IMG/VR virus record: IMGVR_UViG_3300017469_000047 | Location: 1 to 6,304 of that record | DNA length: 6,304 bases | Strand: one strand, 5' to 3' | Shown: piece by piece, positions 5,886 to 6,304 of the stretch | Layout of the letters: every line of letters starts with the position of its first letter | Numbering within the stretch: position 1 is the stretch's first letter | Made by a program: the position numbers and the translations under genes | The notes under the pieces: generated by a model | Databases searched by the model: none | Told to the model about the DNA's origin: nothing | The model's input: only the letters and a program-made list of their open reading frames with translations

Positions 5886-5898
5886 TTTATAATTGTCA
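5886..5898 (+). promoter_or_regulatory. TATA-GTC promoter
   Basis: TTTATAATTGTCA, 38 nt upstream of ATG 5924, preceded by a purine-rich BRE-like tract. Confidence 0.65.
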
Positions 5899-5923
5899 TA
5901 GAGCTATATGTTTTTGTGGGAAG

Positions 5924-6202
5924 ATGAGTCAAAAGGAAATGGAAATAGTAGAAAACATAGTTAAAGTAATTCAGGAAGAAGACATATACAACATTCTAAA
6001 TAATGCAATAAAATTTACTGGAAAGTTTGAAATTCTTTTTTACATCAAGAAAGAAACAAAAATAAGCGGATATTTGTCAATGCGAAATAGAACATTCTAT
6101 TTCGAAATTAGGCTATATAAATACCCCAAAGACAGAGAATTTACAATCGGCATAACTATAGGAAAAATAACCCTAGTTAAAAAAGTAGAGGAGGTGATTT
6201 GA
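5924..6202 (+). CDS. Hypothetical protein (92 aa), positional equivalent of SIRV2 gp20
   Basis: ORF with its own promoter, abutting the next gene; N-terminal helical pattern followed by beta-strand pattern. Confidence 0.8.
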   Translation: MSQKEMEIVENIVKVIQEEDIYNILNNAIKFTGKFEILFYIKKETKISGYLSMRNRTFYFEIRLYKYPKDREFTIGITIGKITLVKKVEEVI

Positions 6203-6304
6203 ATGGGCAAAAAAGCAATTAGTTTTAAGGCAGATAATGATTTAATAATTGCAATTGAGAAATATGCTTACAAAAAAAGAATAAGCAGAGGGGAAGTGAT
6301 AAGA
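6203..6304 (+). CDS. RHH/CopG DNA-binding protein (SIRV2 gp21/ORF59b position), truncated by window edge
   Basis: MGKKAISFKADNDLIIAIEKYAYKKRISRGEVIR fits the RHH pattern; strong SD GAGGTGAT at 6191-6198; ATG directly follows the upstream TGA. Confidence 0.88.
   Translation, partial: MGKKAISFKADNDLIIAIEKYAYKKRISRGEVIR

Overview
This very AT-rich window is an internal segment of a rudivirus genome (SIRV1/SIRV2-like rod-shaped dsDNA virus of Sulfolobales). Homologies were recognised from memory of SIRV sequences, not from database searches. In order it contains: the 5' end of the major capsid protein gene (minus, running off the left edge), a structured ~200-nt intergenic region, an unknown ~105-aa ORF, a dCTP deaminase/dUTPase-family gene, an SvtR-like RHH repressor missed by the ORF track, a 2-TM protein, an unknown ~232-aa protein, the pyramid egress protein PVAP (P98/C92), the HUH Rep nickase, a tandem-RHH regulator, the gp17 SSB / gp18 ATPase / gp19 Cas4-like nuclease module, a 92-aa ORF, and the start of another RHH gene. 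Gene order is rearranged relative to SIRV2. No clearly new system is proven. The best leads are the repeat/hairpin region upstream of the capsid gene, the unknown cassette between PVAP and svtR, the shared promoter motifs including an orphan antisense promoter, the possibly bifunctional host-like DCD-DUT, and the BrxL-like nature of the ATPase.
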